A DNA stretch of 64,000 bases from Klebsiella pneumoniae (GTDB taxonomy: Bacteria > Desulfobacterota > Binatia > Bin18), in assembly GCA_945865755.1 (NCBI GenBank), contig CAMBFS010000001.1:3210-67209 (forward strand), read 5' to 3'. A model generated the notes under the pieces. That model saw only the letters and a list, made by a program, of their open reading frames with translations. It had not been told where the DNA came from and made no database searches. Numbering within the stretch: the stretch's first letter is position 1; every line of letters begins with the position of its first letter. Below, in pieces: positions 11,045 through 23,289 of the stretch. Made by a program: the position numbers and the translations under genes.

Positions 11045-12004
11045 TTATGCGCAACACATATCCGGCTCACCCGCCTCATGTCCATGCCATTCAGCTCGCA
11101 GTTCTCGCATGCCGTCAAACATCCGCATGGTATCAAGCGGGAGGTGCAACTCATTGCGAAATTCCTGGTACAATCGCATGATATTCGGCAAGATACGTTC
11201 CGGTTCACGCCACCGGGCATAAATACCGAGCTTCACATCACGGGCGGCCTGTTCGGCGGTCATCCCCGCATCGAAGCGTTTCTTCGCTTCGCGCCGCACC
11301 AAGGCCAGGTACGCGCGCATTTCACGCAGCTCTTTTTTGCCGCCAATCGGACCATGCCCCGGCACAATGGTCTCCACATCCATCTTCAGAATACGATCGG
11401 CGACTTTGATCCAATTGCCAACATGCCCCTGAAAGGCGAGCGGTGTCACATAGTAAAAGGCGATATCGCCGGCAAACAACACTTTGTCCTTGGGCAGGTA
11501 GACGAAGGTGTCGCCAAAGGTGTGGGCTGGCCCCAAATGCCGCAGTTCAACATCACGTCCGGCTTGATGAAAAACCAACCGATCCTCAAAGGTCACTTCG
11601 GGGAGCGCCAACTTCACTTTGGAGAATTCCGCGGCGAACCGGGGGATACGTTTCCGTAGCGACTCAACCTGGAGGCCGGTGCGCGTCATCTCCTCACGGC
11701 AGAAGGTGTGGCTGACAATTTCCGCCTCACGAAACAAGGAATTGCCACCCACGTGGTCAATATGATGGTGCGTATTGACCAGCCGCGTCACTGGTTCGCG
11801 GGTGACTTTCTTGATCTCCGTTATGAACCGCCTCGTCATGGCGGGCACCATGAGCGCGTCAACCGCCATCGTCCCCTCTTTGTCGAGCAGGAGACCCGCG
11901 TTGCTCACGCCGAGTTCGCCATACGCCTGAATGTAGGCAAAGACTTTCGGAGCGACTTCTTCGAGCCCGGTTTTGTACCCTTCGGGAGTAATCCAGTTGT
12001 TCAT
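11045..12004 (-). CDS. MBL-fold metallo-hydrolase (cyclase-like)
   Basis: NTHHHIDHVGGN, AHTFGD, FAGD, PGHG. Confidence 0.9.
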   Translation of the reverse strand: MNNWITPEGYKTGLEEVAPKVFAYIQAYGELGVSNAGLLLDKEGTMAVDALMVPAMTRRFITEIKKVTREPVTRLVNTHHHIDHVGGNSLFREAEIVSHTFCREEMTRTGLQVESLRKRIPRFAAEFSKVKLALPEVTFEDRLVFHQAGRDVELRHLGPAHTFGDTFVYLPKDKVLFAGDIAFYYVTPLAFQGHVGNWIKVADRILKMDVETIVPGHGPIGGKKELREMRAYLALVRREAKKRFDAGMTAEQAARDVKLGIYARWREPERILPNIMRLYQEFRNELHLPLDTMRMFDGMRELRAEWHGHEAGEPDMCCA

Positions 12005-12099
12005 AATTCATCCAAGGAACTGGGATTTCGGATGTCGGATGTCGGATTTAGAGGAAAAATCAACACCCAACACCCAACACCCAACACCCAACACCATCC

Positions 12100-12894
12100 T
12101 TACGCGCGGCTGAAATCCACGCCAGCAAGAAAGGCAAGCAATGTCTGCTGAAACAGGAGCGGTTTTTCCACCGGCACCACATGCCCACAATCAGGAATCA
12201 TCAGCAAGCGTGCGCGCGGAATCCCCCGACTGAGCTTGACGGACCCGCCTGGCGGTGTGAGCACGTCTTCACGTCCTTGGAGAATCAGCGTCGGCGACTG
12301 AATGCGACCCAATTCCGCGGTCCAGTTGTAGGAGCCGATAGCGCGAGCGGCGGCGGCATACGCACGGGGATCGTTGGTCGCGGTGCGTTCAGCCATCGCC
12401 TGTATGGCGTGTGGAGAACTTTTGGCGAAGCTCGGCGCGAACACACGCTGGGCGGCTTCCGTGTTGGAGGAGAACCCACGTTGTTCAATGAGAGTGGCGG
12501 TTTTTTCCCAGGCCGCCCGCGCCGCCTCACTGACCTCACTCGATGTGCTGATCAACGTGAGGGACGACACCAACTCTGGATAGTCGAGGGCAAAGCGTTG
12601 GGCGATGACACCACCCATGGAAATCCCAGCCACGTGGGTTTTGGTAATGCCCAAGGCGCGCACGAGTCCGGCTAAATCGCGCGCGAACAGTGGTGGGGTA
12701 TACGGTCCGGCTGGTTTATCCGACTGCCCGAATCCGCGGACATCCCAGCGCAGGACACGATGAGCACGAGAGAGATCTGGCACGAAGGAGTCCCACTCAT
12801 GCAGACTCCCGCCAAGGCCGTGGATTAGAACGAGGTCGGAGCCTTGTCCCTCTTGTTCATAATGAAGTCGCAGACCGTCAATTGTTGTATCCAT
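12100..12894 (-). CDS. Alpha/beta hydrolase (PcaD-like)
   Basis: LIHGLGG, DVRGFGQS, GISMGG nucleophile elbow, CGH. Confidence 0.9.
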   Translation of the reverse strand: MDTTIDGLRLHYEQEGQGSDLVLIHGLGGSLHEWDSFVPDLSRAHRVLRWDVRGFGQSDKPAGPYTPPLFARDLAGLVRALGITKTHVAGISMGGVIAQRFALDYPELVSSLTLISTSSEVSEAARAAWEKTATLIEQRGFSSNTEAAQRVFAPSFAKSSPHAIQAMAERTATNDPRAYAAAARAIGSYNWTAELGRIQSPTLILQGREDVLTPPGGSVKLSRGIPRARLLMIPDCGHVVPVEKPLLFQQTLLAFLAGVDFSRA

Positions 12895-12944
12895 CTCTCC
12901 CTCCGGCGGAAGAGCCTATAAGATTCACGCTGGCCTGCCAAGAC

Positions 12945-12991
12945 AAAAAAACGCCAGACGGACGAAAAGGAGGGAAACGTCCGCCTGGCGT
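12945..12991 (-). terminator. Probable intrinsic terminator after the 13018-13404 gene
   Basis: acgccagacggacg...cgtccgcctggcgt stem with adjacent A-run (U-run on minus strand). Confidence 0.55.
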
Positions 12992-13017
12992 GGGGCACGA
13001 AGTGTTGTCGTCGATCG

Positions 13018-13404
13018 TCACATTTGCGGAAAGCTCCGCAGGGTTTTCCGCTTCTCTTCAGCGGCGACGTCGTTAGCGCGACAGGCTTCTTTCCGTGCTA
13101 ACAATGACACGCGCAGTGAAGCGGTTTGGAACCCGAAGGTCTCGCTCAGATTGACAAAGGAAAAGGGCCATTCGCGATCATCGTCCAAGAGCCAGGCCTC
13201 TTCTTCCTGAAACTCTTCGGTGTGATGCGCATCAGGGTCCGCGGCCAAGGTCGAGTACCGCTGGAGCCCATCGGTAAAGACCGCCCATTTGAGGACTAAT
13301 TCGTTCGCGGTTTCCCCAGCGGGAACGCGATCCGAGAAAAATTGATTCGATGAGAGGACGTCTGTCCAGTGTAACGAGAGGAACATATTGTCGATAAAAG
13401 TTGT
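13018..13404 (-). CDS. Conserved hypothetical protein
   Basis: E..LKWAVFTDG...EEAWL.DDDREWPFSF.NL.E..G pattern; RBS-like GGAG upstream; start uncertain. Confidence 0.65.
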   Translation of the reverse strand, partial: TTFIDNMFLSLHWTDVLSSNQFFSDRVPAGETANELVLKWAVFTDGLQRYSTLAADPDAHHTEEFQEEEAWLLDDDREWPFSFVNLSETFGFQTASLRVSLLARKEACRANDVAAEEKRKTLRSFPQM

Positions 13405-13715
13405 CATCCTCAGCCCCACTCCTTTCTTCTCGTCTTCGTATGAGCAAAATAGAGGCCAGCTCTACACCCACGGAACGATTCTCTCCACTGTCCATCCTAC
13501 AAGCGAAAAACCTATTGATTTTCTTGAAAAACCAGGCCGCTGTGTCACTCGACCGTGACACCCTCGCGCGCTTGACTTTGGGAAAATACGCGCCAAAATC
13601 ACAACGCTCTTTGGCAAAAAAATAACAACCACAAGGATTTATACCTGCGTGGGGTTGCTTTCAGGGAAACGAGTGCATAGCCTTGGTCAAATTTTCCCTG
13701 ACGAGAGGGAGTATC

Positions 13716-14618
13716 GTGAACGCATCAGTGAAACTTATTGAGCAAGTCGTCCCTGCCACTGTCAGTATTCAGGCCTCGGTTCCGCAGCAGCATCATTCGG
13801 CCATGTTGTTAGGGACGGAGCGGATGGGGTCAGGAGCGATCATTGACCCGACCGGGTACATCCTGACGGTCAACTATATCGTCATTGGGGCAACGTCCAT
13901 CCAGGTTCTTCTCCTTGATAATACCCAGCATGAGGCGGAAATTGCCGCGCAAGACTTCACGACGGGAATCGCGGTCCTGAAAATTTCGGGGGGAAGCTTT
14001 CCTCCCGCTCCTCTCAGCTCTTCCATAGACCTCACTCCAGGCGACGACGTCTTTATGGTGGCCAGCTCTGGTGAAGATGGCGGCAGACGGGTCAGTGGCG
14101 GTGCCATCATGTCCGCCGCGCCTTTTGATGCGTACTGGGAATATGCCACGGACCGCGCCCTGATCTGCACGGCGATGAATCCCGGCCCTGGTGGGGGGCC
14201 GATGTTCGACATGAAAGGGCGCATGGTGGGGGTCACCTCCCTCAATCTCAATGAGGTCGGACGCTTTTCCTTAGCCATTCCCGTCGAACATTTTCTTCAG
14301 CATAAAGACGAACTCCTGCGCTACGGGCGGCGCGTTTCGCAACCATCCCGCGCGTGGATTGGGATGTATTCGTATACCCTCCGGGACCATCTGGTGATCG
14401 CGGGCCTGCTGCCTGGTGGGCCAGGCGATGCGGCGGGATTGAAGTCTGGCGATGTCGTGCTGGCCGTCGACAATCAGGATGTCTCGGATCGTCGCAAGTT
14501 CTACGGGCAGTTATGGGCAAAACGATCTGGAGACACGATCCTCTTTCGCGTCTTTCGCACTAAAGGGATTCGCGACGTCGCCGTCATCTCTGGCAGCGTT
14601 GAACAGTTTTTTGGCTAA
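13716..14618 (+). CDS. HtrA/S1C-like protein with PDZ domain, probably non-catalytic
   Basis: GSGAII, LTVNYIV, MNPGPGGGP, PDZ (GPGDAAGLKSGDVV). Confidence 0.8.
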   Translation: MNASVKLIEQVVPATVSIQASVPQQHHSAMLLGTERMGSGAIIDPTGYILTVNYIVIGATSIQVLLLDNTQHEAEIAAQDFTTGIAVLKISGGSFPPAPLSSSIDLTPGDDVFMVASSGEDGGRRVSGGAIMSAAPFDAYWEYATDRALICTAMNPGPGGGPMFDMKGRMVGVTSLNLNEVGRFSLAIPVEHFLQHKDELLRYGRRVSQPSRAWIGMYSYTLRDHLVIAGLLPGGPGDAAGLKSGDVVLAVDNQDVSDRRKFYGQLWAKRSGDTILFRVFRTKGIRDVAVISGSVEQFFG

Positions 14619-14671
14619 TCCCCGCCGCTCACGCGAGAACATCGACAACGGACACGGGGCAGGTAGGGTCC

Positions 14672-16318
14672 ATGAAAACACACATGCAGCTTGGCGACTA
14701 TCTCGTCGCGTACTTGCAGAAGCTCGGAGTGACCCATCTCTTTGGCATTCCGGGTGATCTCGTCATCCAACTGTTCATGAAATTCGGCAGGCCACGTGGC
14801 ATGCAAATCATAACCTTCTCCCACGAACCGGGAGCAGGATTCGCCGTCGATGGCTATGCCCGCGCGACCGGGCAGCTTGGGGTCCTCTGTGTCACCTATG
14901 GCGCGGGCGGACTCAACGTCGTCAATCCCGTGGCCGGGTCCTTCTCGGAGCGCGTCCCTATTCTGGTCATCAGTGGCGGACCTGGGGAAGAAAAACGCAA
15001 GCTCGGCGTGTTGATTCATCATCAGGCCAAGGAAATCGAGTCACAGCATCGCATCTTCCAAGAGATTACCTGCGCCGCCAAAGTCATCACGGACCCACGG
15101 ACCGCCGCCACGGATATTGATGAGGTCGTGCGCAATATCTGGCTGCACCAACAACCCGGCTATATCGAAATCCATCAAGATATGGTGGACCGCAAAATCG
15201 AAGTGCCCAGGGAGATTCTGGCATGGGACGGCAAGTTGTCGTTCGCGCACTCCGATGCCCATAAAGTCAACGAAGCCGTGCGGGAGACCACCGAACGATT
15301 CAACCGGGCGCGGAAACCGGCGGTGATCGTTGGCATCGAGACGTTCCGCTACAAACTCACGAATGACGTCGTTGATCTCGTCGAAAAGATGGGCGCCCCG
15401 TGCATGAGCACGGTCCTGGCCAAAGGGGCGTTTCCCATGGATCACCCACAATACATGGGCGTCAACATCGGCCAGATTTCACCGCCCCCCATTCGCAAGC
15501 GGGTCGATGCCGCCGACCTGGTGCTCAATCTTGGCACCCTCCTCACCGACATGAACCTGGGGGCACGGCTCCCGCAACTTCCCAAGGACAAATCGATTTG
15601 GGCGGTGCAGAACAAAGTCGATATTAGCTATCACACCTACACCAACGTCACCGTGCGTGATTATGTGAAAGCGCTGCTGCGGGCTCCCCTGAAAACGCAT
15701 CACGAGAAAGTCACCTATTGCGACAATCTCCCCCCACAACCACGAGGGGACCAACGGACCATCCAGGTCTCGGATATGCTGTGGGAGGTGAATAAATTTC
15801 TCCATGGGAAAAAGGGCTATATGGTCGTCGCCGAGGCGGGTGACATGCTGTTCGCGGGGCTCGACATTAAAGTGGACCAGCGCGGCAGCTACTTGGCGCA
15901 AGGTTATTACGCTTCCATGGGCTTTGGGGTTCCCGGTGCGATCGGCGCCCAAATCGGCACCGGGGTGCGTCCGATTGTCCTGTGTGGCGATGGCGCTTTT
16001 CAGATGACTGGGCCCGAACTCTCTCATGCCCCACGGTACAAACTCAACCCCATTGTCGTCCTGATGAACAATAGTGGGTGGGGGATTTTTCGCCCGGTCA
16101 CGGAACGACAGGATCTGCTGAATCTTCCGTCATGGCCCTATGCCACACTCGCCGAAGCGTGGGGCGGCACGGGGTTCAAGGTCAATACCGTGGGAGAGTT
16201 ACGAAAGGCATTAGTCGAGGCGGGCAAGATTCCATCGTTCGTGATTATCGAAGTGATGGTTGATCCGAACGATCTGTCGCCGGTCACACGAAAGTATATC
16301 AAGGCATCGGTGCGGTAA
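14672..16318 (+). CDS. TPP-dependent alpha-keto acid decarboxylase (indolepyruvate/phenylpyruvate decarboxylase family)
   Basis: FGIPGD, HEPGAGFA.DGYAR, GDGAFQMT...NN TPP motif. Confidence 0.9.
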   Translation: MKTHMQLGDYLVAYLQKLGVTHLFGIPGDLVIQLFMKFGRPRGMQIITFSHEPGAGFAVDGYARATGQLGVLCVTYGAGGLNVVNPVAGSFSERVPILVISGGPGEEKRKLGVLIHHQAKEIESQHRIFQEITCAAKVITDPRTAATDIDEVVRNIWLHQQPGYIEIHQDMVDRKIEVPREILAWDGKLSFAHSDAHKVNEAVRETTERFNRARKPAVIVGIETFRYKLTNDVVDLVEKMGAPCMSTVLAKGAFPMDHPQYMGVNIGQISPPPIRKRVDAADLVLNLGTLLTDMNLGARLPQLPKDKSIWAVQNKVDISYHTYTNVTVRDYVKALLRAPLKTHHEKVTYCDNLPPQPRGDQRTIQVSDMLWEVNKFLHGKKGYMVVAEAGDMLFAGLDIKVDQRGSYLAQGYYASMGFGVPGAIGAQIGTGVRPIVLCGDGAFQMTGPELSHAPRYKLNPIVVLMNNSGWGIFRPVTERQDLLNLPSWPYATLAEAWGGTGFKVNTVGELRKALVEAGKIPSFVIIEVMVDPNDLSPVTRKYIKASVR

Positions 16319-16333
16319 GGAGGAACATCAAGA

Positions 16334-16990
16334 ATGAAAATCGCAATTTTAGGCGGCACGGGAGAACAAGGACCGGGGTTGGCTTTACGCTGGGCACTCG
16401 CTGGCGAAACGGTCATCATTGGCTCACGACAAAAAGAGAAAGGGGAAAAAACCGCCGTCGAGTTGAACCAAGAACTCGGCAAGGAACTCTTGAAAGGGAC
16501 CGACAATGTCACGGCGGCGGCTGAAGCGGATATCGCGGTGCTGACCGTGCCCTACTCCGCGCATGTCGCGACCTTGGAGAGTGTGAAAGAACAGCTCAAA
16601 GGGAAAATTTTCGTTGAAGTGTCGGTGCCGCTTGATCCAGAAAACGCTCGCCGGGTCATCATGCCAGCGGCAGGGTCGGCCAGTGAAGAAGCCCAACAAG
16701 TGCTGGGACCAGACGTGCAGGTCGTTTGCGCGTTGCAGAACATTTCCGCCCATTTACTCCGCGATGTGAACGCGGAGATTGACTGTGATGTGCTGGTCTG
16801 TGGCCATAAAGATGCGCGTCCGACTGTGATGAAACTGATCGACAAACTCGGCAAGGGAATTCGCTCCGTCAATGTTGGACCAATCGAAGCTGCTCGTCAG
16901 ATTGAACCGATCACCGCGTTGCTGATTCGCTTGAACATTCTCAACAAAGTGCATTCAGCGGGGATTCGGATCACGGGATTGCCGAAGTGA
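16334..16990 (+). CDS. npdG: NADPH-dependent F420 reductase
   Basis: MKIAILGGTGEQGPGLALRWA, GSR, LTVPY, GSA.E, QNISA, GIRITG. Confidence 0.88.
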   Translation: MKIAILGGTGEQGPGLALRWALAGETVIIGSRQKEKGEKTAVELNQELGKELLKGTDNVTAAAEADIAVLTVPYSAHVATLESVKEQLKGKIFVEVSVPLDPENARRVIMPAAGSASEEAQQVLGPDVQVVCALQNISAHLLRDVNAEIDCDVLVCGHKDARPTVMKLIDKLGKGIRSVNVGPIEAARQIEPITALLIRLNILNKVHSAGIRITGLPK

Positions 16991-16994
16991 TGAC

Positions 16995-17037
16995 AAAAAA
17001 CAACGGCCCTGCCGGGGTAACCCTGGCAGGGCCGTTT
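16995..17037. terminator. Bidirectional intrinsic terminator between npdG and groL
   Basis: aacggccctgcc(17002-17013)...ggcagggccgtt(17025-17036) with flanking A/T runs. Confidence 0.8.
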
Positions 17038-17069
17038 CGTTCGTCGACTAGATCGGATGAGAGGACAGA

Positions 17070-19038
<1,969 letters not shown>

Positions 19039-19173
19039 AGGTCGTCTCCTTTCTCCTTACGAATACTGATTTGACAATTTAAGGACTCTATTGTTGGGGT
19101 TGTCCGCTCGTGTATACCAACCGCGAACGAGCGCAAGTTAATCACCTTCATTCCGTTGTCAAGAGAAGTCGGG

Positions 19174-19446
19174 CTAAAATTTGTGTTTTCTCGCCTCTTC
19201 CTCGGAATACCGCCGATAGAGAACGTCCCATTCGGTGCTCCCAGGGACAACTCGACGGGAGAGGGAGGCAATTTTGCGGCGCACGAGCTCGTCGATTTTG
19301 TCGTCTCGTTGAAAATTCTCAACGAGAAGCCGCTTGACTTCAGTCACCGCCGCCCGTTCATTCACCACCTCGCCTTCGGCGGAGATCACCCGCAAAACCT
19401 GACGCGCCAGGGCGGCAATACGATTATCGGAGAGGTGTATACTCAT
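19174..19446 (-). CDS. DUF507 family protein
   Basis: VRRKIASLSRRVVPGSTEWDVLYRRYSEEE. Confidence 0.8.
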   Translation of the reverse strand: MSIHLSDNRIAALARQVLRVISAEGEVVNERAAVTEVKRLLVENFQRDDKIDELVRRKIASLSRRVVPGSTEWDVLYRRYSEEEARKHKF

Positions 19447-19721
19447 AGGGCAAAGCGGCGTTCTTCAGCGAGGCGTTGTTTAATCATCTGGACGACGCGG
19501 CGTCGATCCACCCCACCTGGAGCGGACCGGAGGTGTTCATCAGCGAGCCGCTCAGCGTCTTTCTCCAGCGCGTCTTCCTGGCGAAAATTGTCGAGCAGGG
19601 TCGCGGTCACCTTGTCCACGACCCCTTTTTTCTCGCCACGCAGACGGATCAGGTTTTTCTCGCTGAGCGTCGTCACCACGCGGTCAGCAATGTGTTGGCA
19701 GGACAACTCCGGCACTCGCAT
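19443..19721 (-). CDS. DUF507 family protein
   Basis: EDALEKDAERL...VDRRR..QMIKQRLAEERRFAL; tandem with paralog. Confidence 0.75.
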   Translation of the reverse strand: MRVPELSCQHIADRVVTTLSEKNLIRLRGEKKGVVDKVTATLLDNFRQEDALEKDAERLADEHLRSAPGGVDRRRVVQMIKQRLAEERRFAL

Positions 19722-19784
19722 GGCCCGCACCATATCCGCCTGCCCCCGCGGTTGGCAACCCCGGCTTGACATGCCCGCGGAGGT

Positions 19785-21041
19785 TTGTCAGGGACATCAG
19801 TCACTGTGCCAACTAAAAAGAACACCCCTCCCACACGTCCACAGACGGATTTTCCCGCTCACCATTGGGATCATATTCTCAGTAGTGTCGAAGAAGGGCT
19901 GCTGGTCATTGATCAGACCCAGGTGGTGCGCTTTCTCAACGCCGCCGCCGAACAACTGCTGGGCCTCTCTCAGGCGCACCTCTTCGCGCATCCGTACCGC
20001 GAGGCGTTCGCGCTCAACCCGTGGATTGTTGACATCATTGAGCGCACTGTCACTTTCGGCGCGCGCGCAACCGCCAGCGAAGGTCTGTTGCAAACTCGGC
20101 TCTCACGCGCAACTCCGATACGTCTCACCTGCTCGCCGATTATCACCGACGAGGGCACCGCGCTCGGCCTGGTGCTAGTATTTCATGATCTCGCGCATCA
20201 AAAAGAGTTCCAGAAAGAAGAGCAGGAGGCGACCCACCTCGCGCAACTTGGCGTCATCGCCGCTGGGCTCGCCCATGAAATCAAAAATCCGCTGGCGGGC
20301 ATTCGCGGCGCGACGCAGCTCTTGCAACGAAAAGTCCTTCACGACCCGTCCGCGGTTGAGTATACAACCGTCATGCTCCGTGAGATTGACCGATTGAACG
20401 GTCTCCTACAACAACTGCTCCAGCTTTCCCCAGCCCCGCATCTCGACCGCCGTCCGCAGAATGTCCACAAAATCTTGGCTGAGGTCCTGCTCCTGGAACG
20501 AGAAACCGCGCCCAAGGGGGCGAAAATCATTCAGCAGTTCGACCCCAGCTTGCCCGACATTCTGGGGGATGAGGCCCAGCTTATCCAAGTGTTTCGGAAT
20601 TTACTAAAGAATGGTTTGCAAGCACTGACCGGAACGCGCGGTGGGGAGCTCACGGTCGCCACACGCATGGCGACGGATTTTCACATCTTACGCGCGAACA
20701 GCCGTCCCTCCGCGGACCCCATGCAATACCTTGCCGGGGCACCGACCGCCTCAGCTCCCCAACGGCACCAGGCTCAAACGACAGACTCCGCCGTGACTTC
20801 GCTTCCCGCGTCTCGCCCGCCCCGGCTCCTTGTGGTCACGTTCTCCGATAACGGGCCGGGAATCGCGCCCGAACATCTGCCCCATCTCTTCACGCCGTTC
20901 TTCACCACCAAAACGCATGGCACGGGCTTGGGCTTAGCCATTTCCCAGCGTATGATCCTCCACCACGGAGGAACGATTCGCGTCGAGAGCACCCCAGGAC
21001 ACAACACCACGTTTTCCGTGTATCTCCCGGTCGCTCCCTAG
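19785..21041 (+). CDS. NtrB-like PAS sensor histidine kinase
   Basis: AGLAHEIKNPLAGIRGA, DPSLPDI, FRNLLKN, PFFTTK..GTGLGL. Confidence 0.88.
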   Translation: MSGTSVTVPTKKNTPPTRPQTDFPAHHWDHILSSVEEGLLVIDQTQVVRFLNAAAEQLLGLSQAHLFAHPYREAFALNPWIVDIIERTVTFGARATASEGLLQTRLSRATPIRLTCSPIITDEGTALGLVLVFHDLAHQKEFQKEEQEATHLAQLGVIAAGLAHEIKNPLAGIRGATQLLQRKVLHDPSAVEYTTVMLREIDRLNGLLQQLLQLSPAPHLDRRPQNVHKILAEVLLLERETAPKGAKIIQQFDPSLPDILGDEAQLIQVFRNLLKNGLQALTGTRGGELTVATRMATDFHILRANSRPSADPMQYLAGAPTASAPQRHQAQTTDSAVTSLPASRPPRLLVVTFSDNGPGIAPEHLPHLFTPFFTTKTHGTGLGLAISQRMILHHGGTIRVESTPGHNTTFSVYLPVAP

Positions 21042-21051
21042 CCATCACCAC

Positions 21052-22491
21052 ATGTCACACGCATCTATTCTCATTGCTGACGATGAAGACCTGATCCGCC
21101 GCGTGCTCGCCGATACCCTCAAAGAAGCCGGGTTTACGGTGGAAACCGTCGCCTCTGGCGATGAGGCGTGGCGCCGGTTGCAAACGGGGGCGTTCGCTCT
21201 GGCTTTTGTCGATATTCGCATGCCACGTCTCAACGGGCTGGACTTGCTCCAGCACGTCCAGGACGCCAAGCTGAGCACGCCGATCATCATTATGACCGGA
21301 CAAACAACGCTCACAAACGCGGTCGAAGCCATCAAACGGGGCGCATTTGATTATCTCCCGAAGCCCTTTGACCTGGATGAGGTCCGCACCCTCACGGCGC
21401 GCGCACTCGAAGCCCGGACTCTCGTCACCGACACCGACCAACCGCTCCCGGCTGTCCACGGACGTGGCGAGCAGATCATCGGACACAGTCCGGCCATGCA
21501 GGCCATCTACAAAATCATCGGTCGGGTGGCGCAAAGCGATGCGACGGTCTTGATCCAGGGCGAAAGCGGCACGGGCAAGGAACTCATCGCCAAGGTCCTC
21601 CATCATTATTCCCCACGCTGGCGTGGCCCGTTTATCGGCATCAACTGTTCGGCCATTCCGTTGGACCTGTTGGAGAGTGAATTCTTTGGACACGAGCGCG
21701 GGGCGTTCACTGGCGCGGTGGAGCGGCGCATCGGCAAATTTGAACAAGCGGCGGGCGGCACCCTCTTCCTGGATGAAATCGCCGACATGCCGTTGGCGCT
21801 GCAAGCCAAATTATTGCGCGTGCTCCAAGAGCGAGAGTTTACTCGCATCGGTGGACGGGAGGTACTCAAAACCGACGTCCGCGTTATCGCCGCGACCAAT
21901 GTGGAGCTCGAAGCGGCGGTGCAGAAACATCAGTTTCGCGAAGACCTGTATTTTCGCTTGCGCGTCGTGCCGATCACCTTGCCGCCGTTACGCCAACGCC
22001 GCGAGGACATCCCGGAATTGATCACCCACGTGATCGAAAAAATTAATCGTGACATGAAGACCTCGGTCACGGGAGTCTCGGCGGACGCGCAAGCACGTTT
22101 AGTGCAGCACCCGTGGCCGGGCAATGTCCGTGAGCTAGAGAACATCTTAGTGCGAGCGGCGGTCCTTGCGCCGGGCCGGATGTTGACGGCGGCGGATCTG
22201 TCTTTACCGCCGACCGCACCACAGCTCCCGGAACATTTCGCGGAACTCTCGCTGGAAGAGACGGTACGTCGCAAACTCAAAGTGCTTTTTCATCAACCAA
22301 ACGCCATGCCACTCGCGGACCTGCATACCCTTATCATCGGCCAAGTGGAAAAGCCGCTGATCGAACTGACGTTGGAGCACACCGGGGGCAATCAACTGAA
22401 AGCCGCCGAACTCCTCGGCATCAACCGCAACACCTTACGGAAAAAAATTACCGAGCTGAAAATCACGACAAAAAAAGGAATCGAGCTGTAG
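21052..22491 (+). CDS. NtrC-like sigma-54 response regulator
   Basis: REC, GESGTGKE, GAFTGA, WPGNVRELEN, GNQLKAAELLGINRNTLRKK. Confidence 0.93.
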   Translation: MSHASILIADDEDLIRRVLADTLKEAGFTVETVASGDEAWRRLQTGAFALAFVDIRMPRLNGLDLLQHVQDAKLSTPIIIMTGQTTLTNAVEAIKRGAFDYLPKPFDLDEVRTLTARALEARTLVTDTDQPLPAVHGRGEQIIGHSPAMQAIYKIIGRVAQSDATVLIQGESGTGKELIAKVLHHYSPRWRGPFIGINCSAIPLDLLESEFFGHERGAFTGAVERRIGKFEQAAGGTLFLDEIADMPLALQAKLLRVLQEREFTRIGGREVLKTDVRVIAATNVELEAAVQKHQFREDLYFRLRVVPITLPPLRQRREDIPELITHVIEKINRDMKTSVTGVSADAQARLVQHPWPGNVRELENILVRAAVLAPGRMLTAADLSLPPTAPQLPEHFAELSLEETVRRKLKVLFHQPNAMPLADLHTLIIGQVEKPLIELTLEHTGGNQLKAAELLGINRNTLRKKITELKITTKKGIEL

Positions 22492-22575
22492 AAGTTTTGG
22501 GGTTCGGGTTTCGGGTTTCAGGTTTTTATCGTCTTGCATTTTTGACTTTTGACTTTTGATTTTTCTTCTTTTTCC

Positions 22576-23217
22576 ATGCAAAACTTCACCTTCCCAAATC
22601 CACTCTATGCCATCACAGACACCCTTGGGCGCGCGGAACTGTCCTATCTCAACCTCGCGGAACACCTCTGCGCCGGTGGGGCCAGACTGATCCAGTTACG
22701 GGTGAAGGACCTCCCGTCGCGCGAGTTTTTGACCCTCGCCCAACAGGTACGCGCGGTGTGCCGTCACTACGGGTGCGTGCTCATCATCAATGATCGTGCG
22801 GACATCGCCCTCGCGGTCGACGCCGATGGTGTCCATGTCGGACAAGAAGACTTACCCTTGGCCGCGGCGCGAAAAGTGCTCGGTCCACGGAAGATCGTCG
22901 GAGTCTCCACACACGATCCCACGCAAGCGCAAGCAGCGGAACGCGACGGCGCGGATTACATTGGCTTTGGCCCAGTCTTCGGCACTACGACGAAAGCCAC
23001 GGGCTACAGCGCCCGCGGGCTGGAGCAGCTTCGCGAGATTCGCTCGCTGGTCCGGCTGCCGATTGTCGCGATTGGGGGCATTACCACCGACCGCGCCCCG
23101 GCGACGCTGGCAGCGGGCGCGGATGCCGTGGCCATGATTAGTGACGTAGTGTTGGCTTCTGATGTAGCGAAGAAAGTGCAGGAGACGCTGGCGGTGCTTC
23201 AAGAGCGTCAAACGTAA
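22576..23217 (+). CDS. thiE: Thiamine phosphate synthase
   Basis: IQLRVK, LIINDRADIA, GVHVGQEDL, GVSTH, GPVFGTTTK, VAIGGI. Confidence 0.95.
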   Translation: MQNFTFPNPLYAITDTLGRAELSYLNLAEHLCAGGARLIQLRVKDLPSREFLTLAQQVRAVCRHYGCVLIINDRADIALAVDADGVHVGQEDLPLAAARKVLGPRKIVGVSTHDPTQAQAAERDGADYIGFGPVFGTTTKATGYSARGLEQLREIRSLVRLPIVAIGGITTDRAPATLAAGADAVAMISDVVLASDVAKKVQETLAVLQERQT

Positions 23218-23289
23218 AAAGAGTCACATAGGAAACGCGAAGGTGGGAGGTTGGACCTTCTTTTTTACGTTTTACGTTTTCGAGCCTTC

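Noticed and set aside
19071-19097. Possible CIRCE element upstream of groES
   Set aside because: Only a weak inverted repeat; poor match to TTAGCACTC-N9-GAGTGCTAA
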